From Raja brachyura (taxonomy: Eukaryota): a stretch of 64,000 nt of DNA. The stretch lies in NCBI GenBank assembly GCA_963514005.1, contig OY740788.1, forward strand, positions 38,192,001-38,256,000, in the 5' to 3' direction. Positions 1 to 14,437 of the stretch are shown here, piece by piece. The notes beneath the pieces are model-generated. The model was not told the origin of the DNA. It made no database searches and saw only the letters and a list, made by a program, of their open reading frames with translations. How positions within the stretch are numbered: the stretch's first letter is position 1; each line of letters starts with the position of its first letter. Position numbers and translations under genes: made by a program.

Positions 1-1856
1 GTGACTGAATGACTACTCCACTGCTGAAGGCCGGGAAGCAAGTGTCTAGAATGTTGTTGTGAATTACAATAGACGGGAACGCAACATAAATGCATGCAAG
101 GTAGTTGTGATTAAACAAGGGAAGTGGAAAAATGATTTGATCTATGACTGACCAGTGTAAAATAAGTAACCTCAATCTTGTGGGGTGCCACCGGCTGGTT
201 ATCAGAGTGTGAATTCAATACTCAAGGTAAATTTGATTCTTAGCCGGATTATACTTTTGCAAAGTAGTTGTTGTAAATACATTAATAAAAGTCATGGAAA
301 CTTGGCACCTACAACAGCATCTTCCCGGCATGCAGTAACATAACACTTGTTCTTTTCTTTGCTTGCTGGGTAGTTTGCAGTCCTGGTAAATGACGGGTGC
401 GGCGCTCCAGAGTCAAGAGTGGTCTGTTTTGCCCGCCATGTGAAGGGTGCACGGTTGTAGTCAACTTCAGTCTAACTAGGTAATCATATTTCGTAATAAG
501 GCCACGGTTTAAATATAACTGTTTGGCGAAAGCACTCCACATTTAAAAAGCGTTTAAAACTTTTAGCATCATGGTTACTAAAGATACATAGGAGGCCTTT
601 CGGTAGGGTCAATGTATCTCCGAGATTAATTCAGTCGATGAGAGAGTGGTAAATGCGATCCGTGAACAGCAGACAGCAATATAAGACAACGTATATAGGA
701 TTTTTTTTTTTTTTTTTCCTGCTTGCCCCCTCTGGGAGATTGAAAACTGTCAACGTTCTTGTACAAATGTTGAATGACCCCTAACATGATCAGTTGTAAA
801 AAGTTTGTTTTCGTTGTAGTGAGGAAGTCGAAGTTAAAACAGCCCAAATGAGGAGCTACTTTCGGAAGATATAATGAATGGCTATTTTAAACATTAAAAA
901 TAAATTGCCATCATCCCAATGATGCCGATCTGTTTATTTAATGGTCTAACTGGTCGCAGCTTTAACCGCCGACTATTAGATTGTAAAGTGAAATTCAAGC
1001 TGCAGCTACAAAGCGGAAAGCTGCATTTCTCGAGAGGATCCCCCTCTTTCCGGAAAGCAGGAAAGACCATACTGTTCACGACAGAAGAGGGAAAACCTAC
1101 CAGCCTTCGGGGGAATCTCAATCAAATATATTATTTTCCCACAGCCTGGATCGGACAGCCTTTTATGGCTTCAGTCTTAATGTCGAATAAATCATATTTT
1201 AATTTACGTCCTGCAATCCGGATCGATTGAAATAACATGTATGGGGCCTGTAAATAATAATTTCACCTGGAGATCGGCAGACGTCTGGCTGAATTCTGCA
1301 CCCCCATTCTCCCGCCCATCCACTCCCCCGCCGTCCCCTCATCCCCACCAACCCACCACCAGCACCCAACACACACATGGACATCAAAAGCCACGTTCCT
1401 CCTGTAACGGGCTGACACCAAACAGTTGCATTCATTTCCTTCCCCATCCATTAAAAACAAGAGTCAGGGAGATGTTTTATGGTCTCTGTGCTACAAAATA
1501 AAATGACGTGGCTGACAAACACTGATTGATTTAACAGACTTCTTTCTGTCCCTAATAAGTTAAATTCCAGATTGCTCTCTGTATCGTCGGCTTATTTCAG
1601 CGACAGATGATTTACCGGCTGAAACCAACTTTGCAATTTGTCCTATCAAACGGTCAAATGGGCTAATTTGTCCCTAGATCCGAAACGCAGAGATTAATGT
1701 ACCTTTAAATTATATTAAACCATTCGTCTCTATCTAAAACATGTATTTGTATATTGTATGAGCGCGTTCCCCAGGCGGGGGAGGGTGTGGGTCGGATGAT
1801 GAACACTGTGTTAAAGCATTTATTAAAATCGAAATGTAGGTATTGTACGAAAGTGT

Positions 1857-2022
1857 AAACATAGAAAAATAGGTGCAGGAGTAGGCCATTCGGCCCTTCG
1901 AGCCTTCACCGTCATTCAATATGATCACAGTTGATCATCTAAAATCAGTACCCCATCCTGCTGTCTCCCCATATCCATTGATTCCTTTAGCCCAAAGAGC
2001 TAAATCTAACCCTCTCTTGAAA
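1857..2022 (-). mobile_element. CR1 LINE 3' end
   Basis: Reverse complement of the ...GAAGGGCCGAATGGCCTACTCCTGCACCTATTTTCTATGTT tail. Confidence 0.8.
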
Positions 2023-4897
2023 AGCATTAAGACACAGTCCTAAATGTATATCTAAAACAAAACGGATTACAACTTTCGATAGTAATTGTTGACAGCTCAC
2101 TATAGTAATTCATTTCACACGTAACTCTACCAGTGGAGTGAAACTATAGCTTTATAAATGTAATTCTTCAACTTGCCAATGCCGTCCACTCAGTGGATGT
2201 AAGTGTTGTCAATGTCCAGTATATTAATTTGCTTGTAGTAATGGATATTATCATATTCATTTACAAAAAAATTAGAATAGATGCATTTATTTGTTCGACC
2301 ACGCATTTTGGTACAAATTATAGAGGAGAATGCTGCATTGTCTTAAGTTAATCTTAGCAGGATAAACAATGGTCAAATGCATTCAGCTTCTCAAACATTA
2401 AATGTGATTTTCTTTTATTTTAGATTTGCGTGATGCGTAGAATTTAATGGTATCATACATTTTACTCAGAATTCGGGTAGTTTAAATTAGCAGTAGAAAA
2501 TTAGTTTCAAAGTGAAGCTGCCTTTTGAAACGATATGAGTAATAGCAAGCGTGGTATAACTTACAATCTTTATTTTATTGTGCTGCAATCATTAAATTGA
2601 TATTAAGTGCGCTCTCTGATTTTTAAGCTACTATTAAATGGCTAGTCGATTCCCTGCAGGCTGCACTGCCTCTACCAGAAGTTAAAGGATCAGAATAAAT
2701 ATAGTCTGTGCTTAAATTATGATCCACACAGATGACTTTTCAAGGATTCCCAAAACCGCGGTTTGTAAGGTTGCGGTTATTTCTCATCCCTTCAATTTCA
2801 GTAATGGAAAATACCAAGCAAGAAATCTCAATCCATTATCCAGAGTGAATATGTGTGCTAACAGGAGTATTTGTCAAACTACTTCCGCAATGCGCTTGTT
2901 TGCGTGAAACTTTAGACTGGCATGAATGTGGCTTTTAATTGCAGATATACGTTCGCGTTTTACCTTGTTATTATAACCATTCCAGCTGTTGAATGGTTTC
3001 GTTGAACATACATTTTGAAAACGGCTCAGTACATTATTAGTTATGTTAAAGCGATAGGGGTGATCCCCCCCCCCCACACACACACACACACACACACGCA
3101 CATTTCCTGAATTAATTGTGGCCGGACATTAGTTTATTTTGTTGTGAAATATCCTTTGAGTGGTAAAAGTTATTTATCATAAGAAAGTTTTCACCCAGCC
3201 AAAAAACATTCTCGATCGAACTGCTGTAATGCCCAATGAAGCATCCGCGACTGGGCGTTCGTTATGGAACCGATGCATCATCTGGACAGTATAACGATGT
3301 CACCTTGTTGGGTCATGGTTCTTTACAGGACCCATTTGTTGAATATCAGAGTCATATCCGTGTGATGAATTACAGCGCGAAACTCTCTAGCTCAACATCT
3401 TCTTTCATTGGCATTCTAATTTAATCCTTTTAGCCGTTTATATAAAGAATGTTAGCAGTTGAGATGTAATGCCTTTAAGTACTGTACTGCAGAGCTAGTG
3501 AAATTTATAGTTTGTGTATATACTCTGGCTCCAGATATCAGCAGTGTAATGGATGGCAGTATTTCATGAATCCAAGTATATCTTCCCGGCTGCTAGGAAT
3601 CAAAAGTCATTCCATTTATGGTGCACTAATGTCTCTTAGTTAATCCACAAGACGGGCAATAAAATTTAGTAGTAAATGCGTTGTTTGAAAACAAAGAATT
3701 TATATTGATTACAGAAACGATCTAAACTAAATAAACCACCTTTTTATTATTATATCTTCGGGAAAACTTTACAGCAATGATTAGGCCAGCAAAAGGGAGA
3801 GTAACAATCTGTACAAATAAACTATGAACCTGATTTAAAGCAAACGTAGATAGGATGCAAAGCAGAGCAGGCACGGATACTTATGTTTCGTAGAATTAAA
3901 TAGATTCATTATTGATACTGTGAACCAAACGATTCCAGAATACATTGTTCATTTTCCCACTGTGGCATATGCTCTGCTAAAATATTACTTAAAAAAACAA
4001 TAAAGTAAGTGCTTATGAACACTTAAATATAATGTGTATTTGGCAGGCTACATCACCCAGCTACATTTTGGCACATTGGATTACCAAAGATTGCAGCCGC
4101 CACGCAAACCTACCTGTCTTCTCCAGACATTGTGTCTTGCCAACAACCCAGTTTTATTTGGAGAGTGTCACCAATGACATATTTATTTTTGGAATTAGGA
4201 GATTGGAATTTTTGCATTTTCATACGTTTAAATTAATAAATAGACGCGTCGTTATACACATTAACATTAAGCTCCTTTACAAAATAATGGACAGCTCGGT
4301 TGAAATTAAATGTTATCTGTAACTTTTAACACAGTAGAGAGAGGTTAGGCCCGTTATTCCCCCATACCTGCCTGCTAATGCTGACTACACATACATACGG
4401 GGACAATCAATGAAAGGTAATGGCATAATATGTCAATGCCAGAAAGCGTGAAAGTTCGAAATGCCTAGAAAGTTGCAATATATCAGAGAGCAATATACTT
4501 CGGAGCGGGCGGCGGAGAACTGAAACGGCTATCAGAAATGTAATATGCTTTCTACAGCTTTTAAACTCCAGGCTGCCAGGTAAAACACTTGTTTTAATAT
4601 GAAAGAACTGCAGATGCTGGCTTAAACTGAAGATAGACACAAAAAGCTGGAGTAACTCAACGGGGCAGGCAGCATCTCTGGAGAGAAGGAATAGGTGACG
4701 TTTCGGGTCCTTTTTGTATCTATCACCTGTTTTAATATTGCTTCCTCACGACTCTGGAAGAGTTGCATCGCAGTTTCCAAGATGATGACGAGTTAATACT
4801 ATGGCAGATTGCCTTTAATTCCCATCTGGCCAACCAATACACCGTCCATGTTTCAGTTTGAAAGATCCTTCTTCAGGAACGATCTGAAACATCGACT

Positions 4898-5370
4898 ATA
4901 GACAGACACAAACATTTGGTGTAACTCGGTGGGTCAGGCAGCATCCTGGAGAAAAGGAATATGTGACGTTTCGGGTCGGAACCCTTCTTCAGTCAGGGTC
5001 AGGGGAGAGGGAAACGAGAGGCATGAAAAGGTACAAATAAACAAATGAAAGATGAGCAAAAGGACAAATCAAAGCCAGCAATAACGATCAAGGAAATGTA
5101 GAGCCCACAATGTTCCATTGTTGGCTTTGAGGAAGGTGACAATGAGTGATATAAACTGTGAAAATAAACAGGATGACAGTGAAACTAATACGACGGCTCG
5201 AGTGGGGGAGGGACGGAGAGAGAGGGGGTGCATGGGTTACTTGAAGTTAGAGAAATCAATATTCGTACCGCTGGGTTATAAGATGCCCAAGCGGAATATG
5301 AGGTGCTGTTCCTCCAATTTGCGTTTGGCCTCACTTCGTCAGTGGAGGAGGCCCAGGACAGAAAGGTCAG
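4898..5370 (-). mobile_element. Penelope-like element 3' fragment with intact hammerhead core
   Basis: Minus strand DLSVLGLLH*RSEAKRKLEEQHLIFRLGIL*PSGTNIDFSNFK; core CTGAAGA-AGGGTTCCGACCC-GAAACGTC at 4992-4965. Confidence 0.85.
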
Positions 5371-5614
5371 AAAAAAATTGACCCCTGTTTCTCTTCCCAT
5401 AGATGCGGTCTGACCTGATGTGTATTTCCGGCATCTTTTGTTTTAATTTTAGATTTCCAGCATCTGCAGATTTTTGTTTATTTTCAACTCTCTGAATCAG
5501 CGACCTGATAAGATATTCGTTTTTCCGAGAAGGCGAAGCCGAATATCCTCCAATATCATTTTTGCATTACAATTAAGCTATAGTTGTTATATTATGAATT
5601 CTATTTCGATATGA

Positions 5615-5857
5615 TGAGAGTGGTGAGTCTCTGGAATTCTCTGCCACAGAAGGTAGTTGAGGCCAGTTCATTGGCTATATTTAAGAGGGCGTTAGATGTG
5701 GCACTTGTGGCTAAAGGGATCAGGGGGTATGGAGAGAAGGCAGGTACGGGATACTGAGTTGGATGATCAGCCATGATCACATTGAATGGCGGTGCAGGCT
5801 CGAAGGGCCGAATGGCCTACTCCTGCACCTATTTTTCTATGTTTCTATGTTTCTATG
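5615..5857 (+). mobile_element. CR1 LINE 3' end
   Basis: RVVSLWNSLPQ motif and (TTCTATGT)n tail. Confidence 0.85.
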
Positions 5858-8349
5858 ATCAAATGCCGAGTACATATCCAGATTCGCCTGTTCTGTATGA
5901 AATCAGAATAATTACAATGTTTAATACCCTGTGTGCATTTATGTACAAAGTATTCCTACTGGAGGATCCGATTAAAATGGAATATTGTCAGAACTTTCAT
6001 GTTGCGTCCTTAACTAGTGCATACTATCTAGCTTACTTACATATGTTGCTATTTCTTTAAAAGAATGGATAAAATCGTGGTCTAATTCCACCATTTGACT
6101 CATGAAATCCTAATTAGTAGACTTGAGTCAACGATGTGTATTCGGACCACAGGTGGCTGGACTCACTGTCATCCCACATGAGATCCTCCCGCCCCCTTTA
6201 ACCGGACCTCACGGAAAGACTGGAGATCAATAATCGGCTTAATGGAGCTCATTAGGATGATAGCCAGCCACCAGCTTGTGAAATTCCCCAGCTCTTTTGC
6301 GCCCAGCGCTTGGAGATGTTTAAGGAAGAGACCACTTTCCTCTGGGCCTGAGGGCTACGGTTTGTTTGTGTCCGATGCGAGGGCGGGTGATACATCAATC
6401 AGACAAGAACCTTTCTCCAACAATGACAATTTGTTTATAGCACGATGCCAAGAAAAACGCAGCAAGGTAATTGCATGTTTATGGCTCGATCTGAATACCT
6501 ACGCATCATCCCAGAACACTGCCAGGCACTCTGTTGTGCCGTGATCTATGTCGGTACCACCAAAAGGTCAAAATGCCCCAGCTGCCTTAAAAACCACATC
6601 AGCCCATCAAGTAGTAATAATGTCCATTAGTTTACAATAAACTATTTGAGTGATCGAGTAAACTTATTCATAGTTACCATATGTGATCTATTCTTTAATA
6701 TTATTTGTCTGTTCGCTTTAATTAAAGCATCGAAATCCATTCCTTAGATATGGTTCTACACTTGTAACATTTCCATTTGAATGTACACCGTTTCAACAGT
6801 TGCCCTGTTGTATTTCTCATCCACCGAATAAATTAATTCATGTACGATAGACACAAAATGCTGGAGTAACTCAGCGGGACAGGCAACACCTTTGGAGAGA
6901 AGGAATGGGTGACGTTTCGGGTTACCCAGCATTTGGTGTCTCTCTTCGGTATAAACCAGCATCTGCAGTTCCTTCCTGCACAGATTAATTCGTGTACCCA
7001 TCTGATGCTATTCCCGTACCTGACCCCCCTCCCCCCCCCCCACCCCCATTCAATAGACTGGAGATGTTAATGTTCAAACTGCAGCGATAGTAGTTCAGCT
7101 GGATTCTTCTTTGGGCTTTTTATATTAATATTTACTTTGGTACGTCGTGTTATGTCAAAGTGTCTTTTTTTTAGAAGAGCTAATGCCCCTCAATTCTTCA
7201 GTTCCTTTTATCCACCTCTACGCTGTCCAGGAAGGCGAGATGTATGTACGAGGTTATCTGTTCGACGTTTCATCTCTAAAGGGCATTATAAAATTTTATA
7301 CGGCATTTTAATTTCAACAATGATGGACAATTTTAAAACAATAAAGCCAACTAATTGTACGGCTTGGCAGACTATTATGCAAGCAGAAACGATTGCACGT
7401 TAGACGTCCACTATAACTGCGGCTTTCATATTAACTTGAAGTTGCCTTTATGATGGTCTTTGTTTCAGATCTAATCCGACACTCTACCCATATTTGTGCT
7501 ACTTTTATAGAAAAAAATGTTCTCCAGTCTCTGGAAGGCCTCAGTTGTTTATGCCATATTCCATAAAAATCACAAAAGACGTGTTAGTTTGAAGATCGGT
7601 TTAAATTTGATCTTTTTTCCCCTCCTCACAGCTACTCATACTTAAATTAAAAAGCAAAATCTTGGTAACTGAATTGCCTTGCCAAAACATTTACTGTGGG
7701 ATTATTTGATATTAATAAACGGGTGTTTATTTTAAAAAGTGAATAAAGGTTTAATGTAAACGGTCGTTAGTTCTGATGAGCATTGAACAGCAATAATAAG
7801 GTCGTTTATTTACTGAGAGAAGCAAAAGTTGACATTACAGATGTAACAATCTGTTTCAGTGGACGCCAGCCAGTCCAAAGGGGTTTAGCAGGGGCAGTCT
7901 TCTGTGGAAAGAATTCCTTCTGTTACTGAGTAGATTTACCCTGTCCCTTTCGTTTCTGCTGCCAGATATCGCAGCTCCCAGATGCAAAACTAGTTTTTAT
8001 CCCAATGCCTTGTAGCAACACATGCCTCCACTTTGGCAACGGCCATGATAGCTGACCATCTTCAACTACAGTCTTATTCTGCGCGGCTGATGGATGCGGA
8101 GACCATGACTGCAATTGTTGGGGAGACAAGCAACCAGGGTGGGGGTGGGGAGGAGAACGTGTTACATTCTCGTTTCATAAACATGTATTACAACTTATAT
8201 TGCGAACGGAAGCTCCGTGCGAAGTGATGTTACCGCTGGAACGCAGAGACATAACAAGAGAGAAACACAATGACTAATACCTCCTCAGACCAAAATGAGT
8301 CACATCAACACATTTGGACAACGAGCAGCTTTTCCAGACCAATAGAATA

Positions 8350-8700
8350 GTAGCTTGTGTAGGAAGGAACTGTAGATACTGGTTTAAACCGCAGGAACGG
8401 GGTACTGATTGTGGATGATCAGCCATTATCGCTGTGAATGGCGGTGTTGGCTCGAAGGGTCGACTGGCCTACTCCTGCACTGAAGAAGCGTCTCGACCCG
8501 AAACGTCGCCTATCTCCTTCACTCCTTAGATGCTGCTGCACCCGCTGAGTTTCTCCAGCTTTTTGTGTAACCCCCTACTCCTGCACCTATTGTTTATTGT
8601 CTATTAACATAGACACAAAAAGCTGGAGTAACTCAGCGAGACAGGCAGCATCTCTGGAGAGAAGGAATTGTTGTCGTTTCGGATCAAGACCCTTCTTCAG
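8350..8700. mobile_element. Nested Penelope pLTR and CR1 3' fragments
   Basis: A minus-strand pLTR is interrupted by a CR1 tail, which is itself interrupted by a + strand pLTR (8481-8573) with 13-bp TSD CCTACTCCTGCAC. Confidence 0.75.
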
Positions 8701-11238
8701 CCTAGATTACATGCTTGTCGCAGTTACAACGAATGCATGAAAGAGTACCTGTTTAACTGCTAAACTTGTCGCTGAGAGCTCACGTTATCCTTTCCGACGT
8801 ACCAATTATGCAAAGATTGTTTTTTAAAGCAAAACGCTGGCAGAAATGATTTGAACTCTTGCGTTACCATAACAAAAGTCGGTGAAATTCAGGAAGAGTA
8901 ATTCTGAGAGTATTGTGTTGACGTTTGCTATGGTGAATTGGAGGTCATGCATATGTTCTAAGTATGCCTTGTTTCCAGTTGCATTTAATATCGATATCGT
9001 ATGATTTTTTGGAAAGCTATGCATATTTGAATGAGAGAAATTGTTTTAAAATTATTTTCGTGTAAGAAAAGTCAACTTCGAGCCAATTTTAAAACCAGTT
9101 CAAAATAATATAAAACAATTATAATTTTTCACTTTCCAATCCCTCAAAGTTCAGTGCAGTGAATAAACAGTCAATAGTAGACACAAAATGCTGGATAGGC
9201 ACCATCTCTGGATAACATTTCGGGTCGAGACCCTTCTTCAGACCCGCTGAGTTACTCCAGCATTTTGTGTCTACCTTCGATTTAAACCAGCATCTGCAGT
9301 TCTTTCCTAAACCGTCAAAAGTGCTGAGCTATGACCGAAAGATCATTACTCTTCTTCTTACAACCTACATCCTCACCGTGTCACTCTATTAAGGTTACAG
9401 TAGTTTTTAATAAACAGTTGTGCCTAGCACCAGTCATCTGGATCACGACTCACTCGACCCGCGTAACATACATTGCAACAATTCTCCTCATTAAAATGAG
9501 AACGATCCGTTTAAGACATGTTTGTGGTTTGCCTCACTCTTTAGTTTAAAAAAAAATCGTAAATCGTACTCCTAGTATTTCGCTAATGTTGACAGATCCC
9601 AGTAGCAGACATGTGGTCCAGGAATCAAGCGAGGTCGCAGGATACAACCTGACTCCAGAGAGGATTCAGGATGTATATTATTTTCAGACTGTTAAAAAAC
9701 TAAACTACAGGCACCAATATCACTTCTGTAAATTTAATTATAAAATTGCGAAAAGTCAAGAAAGTGGAAATAAGACGATTTTTTAACAAACGGTTTTTTT
9801 TCTGTCTTCTGTCAACGATTCCTCCAAAGAAGCCCAATGATTTACATTGGCGCGGTTCCAAAATGCCAATTAATTTATTATATTCATGGAAAATTGACTT
9901 TCCAGAAGTGTTTTCTTTATTATTCGAGTTATGTACAAAGATAAGTGCAATTAAGACATAACTAGCATCTTATGGGTTTATTTACTCCTAACCTGTGATT
10001 TAACCCCTCGTTAAACTTATTTCCAATCATTGTGAAGCAACCGGAATGGTTAATAAGAGAATGTAAATGGTTAATAAGAGAATGGTTAATAAAGTGTAAC
10101 TATTGCACTGCGCTGGACCATCGTTAGTAATCGCAAACGATACCATAGTCTTCACAAGGAAGAGGAGGAGAGCAAGATACTACGCCTCATTTTGAGGTAT
10201 TACGAACTGTCGAAATAACTCGTTTTAAATCCATGTAATTTCTGGATACTTATTTCACTCCCCACGATTGAGCGTGAATCTACTGGAGTTGCAGGCTATT
10301 GACTTGAAATATGAAGCTACGAATAGTCACCGTGCTGTTGGAATACTTTGAGTGTGGCGAGGTGAAGGATCCAATAGGTCGGTGCGGAGATCGGATACTT
10401 TGAACCCGATGGAGCGGTGCAGCAACCCAGCGCACCCAGTCTCCAGCGCCTACCTGGCACGGACCAGTAAAATAAACAGCACTCTGATGACAACACTGTC
10501 AGAGATGGGTTAAAGATAAGGCGCCTTCAGATCTCACATGATTTAAAAGAGAATGAAATGTTTGTTAAAATAGAGGGGGGGAGGGGTCCAATTGATTTAA
10601 AGTGTGTAAAAAAAAGGACACAAAGTGTTGGGGTAACTCAGTAAGTCAGGCAGCATCTCTGGAGAACATGGATAGGTGACGTTTTCGGTCGAGACCCTTC
10701 TACATTTTGAGTTAGAGTGTACCTGTATGTAGTTATGTCGACTACACCAACGGAAATGATGTGGAGATTTCTTTAAAAGAGGATAATTTAATAGTTAATC
10801 CAAATTGCTACTCACGTGGATGTTATTAAATAATTTAGAAAATACAAGTTAGCAAAGTAGAAATCCCAACGCAAACTCTGCCGCCTTTACTGTTGGTATG
10901 ATGAATGGGGATAGAACGATCTACGTGCAAGTTACTTGTCTAAAGCCAAATACAAAAAGGAGAACGTTGAACTGTCAACATAATTAAAGCGTTAGCAATT
11001 TAAAATTCACCTATAGCTAATGCATATTCTTTAAAGCTAGATTATATTTTATAGCACGGGAGGTGTGATCCATAAAGAAAGGCAAAGATAATCCAGAGGA
11101 AGTCCGAGGTACGACTGTACATTGGAAAACGTTTAATAATAGATTTGGCGGTCAGGTAACAGGTATATTTGAGGGAAATCATAAGATGGCAAAAGGCCAA
11201 CTAGTACAACGAAACGTTCTTTAAACCAGTATACCCAT

Positions 11239-11244
11239 TTTATT
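11239..11244 (-). promoter_or_regulatory. Candidate HLX polyadenylation signal AATAAA
   Basis: TTTATT on the + strand about 470 nt past the stop, after an AT-rich 3' UTR-like stretch. Other sites are possible. Confidence 0.35.
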
Positions 11245-11713
11245 AGATGTATTTACGATCAGTGCAATATTTTGAATCAGCCGGCATTGAAAGGAAATAT
11301 CGGACATCACTGGGTAAACAGACCTTGAAAAAGCAAATACTCGTTATTCGGAATATTAATACATAGTGATAGCTCGAACGAGGTGGTGGGTGTTTATAAA
11401 TCCTGGGCCTCTAAAAATCCAGCTATGAAAATCAATATCAAATGAAATTTGATGAAAATCACATGAAAAATCAATATCAAAACATTAAAACTTATAATAC
11501 AAGAACATTCACTTTCCAAGGAGATATTTTTTTAAACAAATATGATTTCAAGTGTCAAACAATATTTACATATTTGCAATTTACACGTAGGAAGTTGAGT
11601 GTGATCTCTTTTCGACTTCCTTTCGCAATAATATAACTTATTATTTTCTTCTGAAATGTCCTTTACCTCGTGGCAATCCCTTTGGGGAGGGGGTGGTAAA
11701 ATAATGTTCACAT

Positions 11714-12037
11714 TTATAGCAAGATTTGCGTTGGAGACGCCGGGGCACTTGGTTCGGGCGTGAGGCTTTGCTGTGGTACTGCAGTACTTAAGGGACCGAG
11801 ACCCGATCTAATGACTGTGGTCTTGAGATCTGCTGCGTCCTTCACATCGATGTCTTTCTCGTTCAGGTCAATGGATTCAGAGTCACTTTTCTCACTGTCG
11901 CTCTGATTCTCCCTCACTCGCTGTTCCCCCTCCACAGAGGCTGGCTTCTGCACTGCTTCCTTCTCCTTATCCTTCTGCGCCTGAGCTTCCTTCGAGTGCC
12001 TCCACTTCATCCGCCGGTTTTGGAACCACACCTTCAC
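11714..12037 (-). CDS. HLX: HLX coding exon 4 (helix 3 and C-terminus)
   Basis: TAG|GTG acceptor; VKVWFQNRRMKWRHSKEAQAQKDKEKE...; TAA stop at 11714. Spliced CDS 466+165+185+324 = 1140 nt = 379 aa plus stop. Confidence 0.97.
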   Translation of the reverse strand: MKVWFQNRRMKWRHSKEAQAQKDKEKEAVQKPASVEGEQRVRENQSDSEKSDSESIDLNEKDIDVKDAADLKTTVIRSGLGPLSTAVPQQSLTPEPSAPASPTQILL

Positions 12038-12596
12038 CTAACGAGAGAAGAGCAAAAAGTCAGCCACTTACAAAAGAAACGCTTCTTAATAAAAAAAAAA
12101 CAACGTTCTGCGCATAGATTCGTTGTTTCCTTCCCGTCTGCTCAGCCCGTAGCACAAGACCGGTTTCAGCTTCAGAGGAAGGCCCTTGCGTGTGCCCGCG
12201 TTACAATACACTGCCTTGGTTTTTGTATAAGTTACCACTTCCTCTATGCGAAGAGCTTTATAACTCCATAAAGCAGTGCGGTCACCCTTTAGCAATTTCA
12301 AGAGAGCTGCATTTCACCTTTATTAATAGGATATGGCACTGTCCACGCAAATAATCAAATGGTGGGACACTAACTTCAGGTCAACAGCACATATGAAAAC
12401 ACACCCCAAATTGGATTCTTCACTTTACTGCTGTGCTCACGGCGATTTACTCGCTGTTTGATTTTGAATTGCCTTCCTCCACTTTTATATTGCATTTTTG
12501 TAACATTTTTTTTGTTTCTTTCATACCGTCGCTGCTGATAAATTTCCGGGTCGATTTATTGCATTGAATTAATTTCTGCTTTAATTTAACACTAAC

Positions 12597-12781
12597 CTGT
12601 GCATCTGTCAACCCCAGCATCGCCGCCAGTTGCTTCCGGTCAGGTTTAGTCACATACTTCTGAATCTCAAATCTTTTCTCGAGACCCTTTCTCTGCAGAT
12701 TAGAGAATACGGCTCTGGACCAAGACCGCTTCCTTTTGTACGTCTGTGGCATTGTGTCCTTCGTTAGAACAGCGTAAGGCC
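12597..12781 (-). CDS. HLX: HLX coding exon 3 (homeodomain helices 1-2 and start of helix 3)
   Basis: CAG|GG acceptor, CAG|GTTAGT donor; 185 nt. Encodes [61 protein letters not shown], the HLX homeodomain. Confidence 0.97.
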
Positions 12782-13369
12782 CTGCTAGTTAAAATGAAGC
12801 GTTGCATCAGAGTTAATGTTGCCAAGTTCTGTCCTACTTCTACAACAATTCAAAGCTTTTTGTTGTGCTTAGAATACGATGCCTAATGTATTTAAAGTTT
12901 ACCGATGGCTAATAATTAGAACGAGTAATGTCTTTTGGGCTATTTTCGGGAGTCAGGAACTTAATTGTGCAGTTGGACAGTTGCGCTATTGCAAACCGAA
13001 AGAGCGCTGCTTTTAAGCGCGTGTCACTCTGCGTGTCTTTATATATAACTCATCGGTTGGAATCACCTTCAGAATATTGTTGCATTGCACTACATGCAGA
13101 GTTGCAATGGCTGGAATCATTAATTTATTGTTGTAATAAATCACAAAATAGACGTTAAATAGGCCAGAAATGGGTTAAAAGGCCTGCGGATCCCATGAAC
13201 TTATTGAGAGGTGACGTTAACCTTGTTATTCTCAGATTTATTCAGTTCGTTTTATGAGATTGACTGTGGAATACACACATGCCTTCTAAAGTGTAGATAT
13301 TTTAACTGGAGCGGCTGATGTAGATTTTATTTTATGTGTGGCGAAAATTGGCGAATTAAGGCTATTAAC

Positions 13370-13534
13370 CTGGAAAAGAATCCTGATAATGTTGCTGGTT
13401 CGAGCTTCTGGAGTTCAAAACAGAGGGAGGCTCACCAAGTCCAGGGTCCAGCGACGCAAAAAACTGGTTGGCAGAACTGTGCACGGAGAGGTGGATTCCA
13501 GGCCGCCGACTTGGGCCCATGAGAGAGGTGAGAT
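13370..13534 (-). CDS. HLX: HLX coding exon 2
   Basis: Acceptor ttgttgcAG|AT, donor CCAG|GTTAAT; 165 nt, phase 1-1. Translates (D)LTSLMGPSRRPGIHLSVHSSANQFFASLDPGLGEPPSVLNSRSSNQQHYQDSFP(G), matching HLX exon 2 motifs QFFASLDP and QDxFPG. This frame is not in the ORF track. Confidence 0.92.
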
Positions 13535-13971
13535 CTGCAACAATAAACGGGGAACAGGGTATGTGGGCATGCTGCTGGCAGATAGGGTCGTCTTAAGTTC
13601 AGTCCTGTTCATTCATAAAACAATAGCTATCTTAACTCTCACTGATATGGGTCGTGCTATCCGAAACATCCACTTAGCAATTAAGATGAAACTTGTAATG
13701 CAGAGACACTGACAATGGCAAAACGCACCACCGTTGTGCATTTGACTGACTCCTGTAACTTCGGTCGTTACATCCCAAGCAATCCGCCCACACGCTTAGC
13801 ACACACGCAAATTAATTGCATGAGCAACGACAAAAACTGATGGTAAACAGAGCGAGGTTTCCCATCAATTTCCCAAGCAATTATAGCAGACGTTACATGG
13901 TGAAATGAGCGTGTCATTTTGATGCAGCATTGCTGTTGATGCCGAGAGAGTTTGTTCGTAGCTTGTCTTAC

Positions 13972-14437
13972 CTCGTAAAGTGTTGCATTCCTTGATTTTA
14001 AAGTCAGTATCGGCGGACAGGATGCGGTCAATGCCGAACTTAAGGTCCTTGCTGGAGGGCGCGGGAAGCTGATGCACCGAGCCGGCTGCCAGCTGAATCC
14101 GGGGCGACGAAGTGCAGATGGCCGGCGCTCGAAGGTAGGGTGACGCCGGCGAAGGTCTCTGAGCGAAGCCGCCCATATGCTCCGGGGCGACGGGCGTGGG
14201 GCGCAGAGGGGAGCCCGACGGCTGTAAGCTGTGGTGTCCGCTCATGTGAGCTACGATGGCCGATGATCCAGCCAGAGACGGTGGGCCGGTCGGCATGTTC
14301 TCGCTGTCGCTGAGATGCAGAATGTCCGCGATGCAAAACGAAGGCTTCTTCACCGAATCCAACAAGCCATTCGAGCAGTAGGCAGACCAGAGACTGAAAT
14401 TACTGGCGTAATACGGAGCTAGTCCTGCGGTATACAT
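13972..14437 (-). CDS. HLX: HLX (H2.0-like homeobox) coding exon 1
   Basis: ATG at 14437 begins MYTAGLAPYYASNFSLWSAY, the HLX N-terminus. Two eh1-like motifs (FCIADIL, FGIDRIL). Ends at phase-1 donor G|GTAAGA; 466 nt. Confidence 0.95.
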
